From: Massalongia carnosa
Lineage: Eukaryota
NCBI GenBank assembly: GCA_965645245.1
Contig: OZ287075.1
Location: 1,240,001-1,304,000 of the forward strand
Direction of reading: 5' to 3'
Length of the DNA: 64,000 bases
Positions 61,001-64,000 of the stretch are shown here, piece by piece. The stretch's first letter is position 1, and every line of letters starts with the position of its first letter. The position numbers and the translations under genes are program-made. The notes under the pieces are model-generated. The model saw nothing but the letters and a program-made list of their open reading frames with translations, searched no databases and was not told the DNA's origin.

Positions 61001-61452
61001 GGTTCTGGAATCTTGTGATCAGATCGTATACGAGAGAACCTTCTAACAACTCCGGCTAAGCAGACAGCTTGTGTATGAAGTAACCCTTGGTGGCGCTAAG
61101 GCCATTTTGCCACTGAAAAAAGGCATTAACATGTGTCGGCACAAAAAGGAACTTCGAGGTAACGATGCGAGGTGGCAATTGACTAACATGATTAACTTCG
61201 GCTTGATATGGTGATTAGGTGAGTGACTGATTTCATAAAACTAATGGTCAAGTATAGAAGCACCAGTTTTTTGATTCTCGTTCTTTGATGAAAATTATCC
61301 GAGAAGAAATGGCAAGATGTTTATCATGAACAAGCAGCTTGTAATAAATAGCGGAGCCAAATTGAGCGAAGATTCACGGGTATTAAAGTCGAAAAAGGAA
61401 GGGAATGATTCCCTATACTGTTAACATCGTGTTCACCCCTTTCTCATATTCA

Positions 61453-61576
61453 CCCCATTTGCAACACGCTAAAACTTACTATGGCAAAAACGACCTAAAT
61501 AGCTTATTAAACGTTAGAGATTGGAGAATATGACTCTACTATTATGTGCTTACTAATTAGCGTGTTGCAAATGGGG
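61453..61576. repeat. Perfect 20-bp inverted repeat, MITE-like relic
   Basis: ccccatttgcaacacgctaa (61453-61472) / ttagcgtgttgcaaatgggg (61557-61576). Confidence 0.75.
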
Positions 61577-62019
61577 GCAAGGGAATAACAAAAAACCCCT
61601 CGCTAATTCCAGTAGTATCATTTATCAAAAATCGATCTATAGATTATTCAGCACCTCTACAGAGTATACCTAGAGTACACCTACTTCTGCATAATTCTTA
61701 ATTTTAACATGCTTAAGGCATGTACAGAATATTATTCACTCTATATGCAATTCTGAGGCTTTTTGCCCTGATGATCAGTTGAGATGATTTACCTCTTGAC
61801 CAGATGAGGTGAAATGAATGGCATTGAACTATAGATGATTTTCTAGCTAGGTATGCCGCCAGGGGATAGATCAAGAGATGTCTCCGAAGGAAGAAAGAAT
61901 GTGGGGGATGAAGAATTTTTACCTGTGCCGCGGTGGCAATGTCATGTGACGGGCATGAGACGGGCCCGTTGACCAATGTTGGTTAATGCTGACATTTGAC
62001 AGCAATATATCTAGGTCTG

Positions 62020-64000
62020 CCAGCAGCAAGAAAAGAAAAACCGCCCCAGCCGGCTCTCATGAAGTATCGCCGGCAGGCCCAAGCCGCCCAACAGGAACGT
62101 CGTGGAAGGACACAGAGATCATGAAGCCCATGAACATGCAAAGAGCAATGGCAAAGCCCATTCTAGGCAGACCACCCAACACGTCAACGACGATGGCTGC
62201 AACACCCGCCCCCACCCGCACCAATCCCGCCGCCCACCCGCTGCAACCCTCCCCGCCGACCCCCGACACACCTCCCCCCCTCGACGACCAAGGACTAATC
62301 ACCCGCACCGCTCCTGCAACGGACGTAATGGAAGAAGGATGTTTATGAAGGACACAAACTCCATTAACATACTACAGTACAACGTCAGAAACGACCGAGT
62401 AAGTACAATGATACCACTTTTGGCAGATTCAAACACGCAGGACTACGACGTTATAGCAATACAGGAACCATGGCGGAGCACGCACGCCCCGACCACTCTT
62501 AGCTCTCACCAAAGCGGATTCCACCTTCTATATCGCCCCGGCGGCGACACACGCGTATGCTTCTACGTCAACGAGAAAATCGACCCGGAAAGCTGGGAAG
62601 TAGAATTCCCAACCGCAGACCTATGCACGTTGAAATTGAACGTGAGCACCGACGGTGTTACGAGAACGTTGCACATTCATAACGTGTATAACCCGTCCCC
62701 GTCTTCTTATTCATCCACAGACAGCCCCTCCACGCTCCCGGCTGTTCGTCAGCAACTCGCCGCAGATGCACAGCACGTCCTCCTCGGCGATTTCAACCTT
62801 CACCATCCATTTTGGAACGGAGTCACAAGGCCAACGCAACACGCAGCCGCGGACCAACTACTGGATATAGTAGAAGAATTCGATCTCTCACTTACACTGC
62901 CCAAAGGGACCGTTACATGGGAGGCTCGGAACTCTTTTAGCACCATAGACCTAGTATTTATGTCGGAATTCCTGACGGAAAGACTAGAACACTGCATGTC
63001 GAGACCGGAAATGAACCAATCCTCTGATCACATCCCGATTTCCACCCGCATTCTTCTCGGTAGTGAACAGCTAACGCAAGTCAAGCGCAGAGCATGGAAA
63101 CTGCTGAACATGGAGAAACTGAGAGAGGCAGAAAGCAACGCCCCGCCCGTCACCCACCCTCGCTCCGCCGAGGAAATTGACCAGTACGCTCAGACAATCC
63201 AAGAGTATCTTCAGAAAATCATAGCCGCCTCCGTCCCCTGGGCCAGACCCAGCGAATACGCGAAACCTTTTTGGAACGAAGAATGCAATCGCGCCATCCG
63301 TGAGACTCGCAAATTGCGCCGTTCCTGGTCGTCATCGCGTCACATGGACGACTGGAAAGCGTACATGAAGTCCAACGACAAGAAGCAAAAGATAATCCGA
63401 AAAGCAAAAATGCTCTCATTCCGCAAAGAGATCAGTGCAGTCACCGAGTCGCCGCTGGGCATATGGAAGCTGGCAAGATGGGCAAAAGATAGAAGCCAGA
63501 AGCCCCGCGAGATACTGAAAATGCCGCCACTGAGGCACGGAGGGCAGACGGCGGAGACGTTCGAAGAAAAAGCGGAAATGCTGAAAGCCAAGTTCTTTCC
63601 CCCACCACCGCCGGCGGACCTGAGCGACATACCTGGGTCATTCTACCCCGCTGCCGCGGATTGTCCCATGATGATCACAAAGAACGAAGTGATCGCAAAC
63701 ATACAATGCCTCAAGTCCGACAAGGCTCCGGGTCCTGACGGGATCACCAACAAAATCCTCAAGGCATGCTCTACAAAGCTAGCAGAATTGCTAACCCCTT
63801 TATTTCAGGCGTGCGTCACGCAAGCGTATCATCCTCGCGAGTTCAAAAGAGCGAACACGATAACGCTCAAAAAACCGGGAAAGAAAGACAACACCAGCCC
63901 AAAGGCATATCGGCCCATAGCTCTCCTGAACACAATGGGTAAAGTTCTAGAAGCGGTCATCGCAAAGAAAATCACCCACATAGCGGAACAGCATCGGCTC
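62020..64000 (+). mobile_element. 5'-truncated Tad-like LINE (non-LTR retrotransposon), continues past the window end
   Basis: Abrupt switch to A/C-rich coding sequence near 62020. The Pro/Thr-rich ORF1 tail ends at 62348 and overlaps the ORF2 start. Confidence 0.9.
62345..64000 (+). CDS. LINE ORF2 (APE endonuclease plus start of reverse transcriptase), 3'-partial
   Basis: All in one frame from ATG 62345: ILQYNV, DVIAIQEPW, HNVYNP, GDFNLHHPFW, STIDL, SDH, KAPGPDGI and AYRPIALLNTMGKVLE. Missing from the ORF track because no stop lies inside the window. Confidence 0.93.
   Translation, partial: MKDTNSINILQYNVRNDRVSTMIPLLADSNTQDYDVIAIQEPWRSTHAPTTLSSHQSGFHLLYRPGGDTRVCFYVNEKIDPESWEVEFPTADLCTLKLNVSTDGVTRTLHIHNVYNPSPSSYSSTDSPSTLPAVRQQLAADAQHVLLGDFNLHHPFWNGVTRPTQHAAADQLLDIVEEFDLSLTLPKGTVTWEARNSFSTIDLVFMSEFLTERLEHCMSRPEMNQSSDHIPISTRILLGSEQLTQVKRRAWKLLNMEKLREAESNAPPVTHPRSAEEIDQYAQTIQEYLQKIIAASVPWARPSEYAKPFWNEECNRAIRETRKLRRSWSSSRHMDDWKAYMKSNDKKQKIIRKAKMLSFRKEISAVTESPLGIWKLARWAKDRSQKPREILKMPPLRHGGQTAETFEEKAEMLKAKFFPPPPPADLSDIPGSFYPAAADCPMMITKNEVIANIQCLKSDKAPGPDGITNKILKACSTKLAELLTPLFQACVTQAYHPREFKRANTITLKKPGKKDNTSPKAYRPIALLNTMGKVLEAVIAKKITHIAEQHRL

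Overview
This is filamentous-ascomycete (Pezizomycotina-type) nuclear DNA, judged from short GT-AG introns with CTRAY branch points and fungal transposon families. Recognisable conserved genes are a DHHC palmitoyltransferase (PFA5-like), the WD40 ribosome-assembly chaperone SQT1 and a tRNA-Gln(CUG). The window also holds a 1443-aa repeat/coiled-coil membrane-anchored protein, two pseudogenes (PD-(D/E)XK-like nuclease; FHA-Ser/Thr kinase), a deeply nested transposon pile inside a Mutator relic (17.4-26.6 kb), a pogo element hosting a Fot1-like element, and a young 5'-truncated Tad-like LINE at the right edge. Two things stand out. (1) The tRNA-Gln gene is split in its D-arm by a 50-nt intron with spliceosomal hallmarks (GTATGA...branch-like TGTTAAT...TTTAG) instead of a canonical 37/38 tRNA intron, and it carries a compensatory U53:A61 change that breaks the B-box consensus. 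(2) Four co-oriented genes around PFA5 encode six copies of a W-x-C-C/G-x-C-x12-C-xx-C-x-H-xx-C-xx-C zinc-ribbon-like module, including a 50-aa micro-protein absent from the ORF track; the ligand substitutions co-vary as two separable metal sites. All family assignments are from motif recognition by eye; no searches were run.
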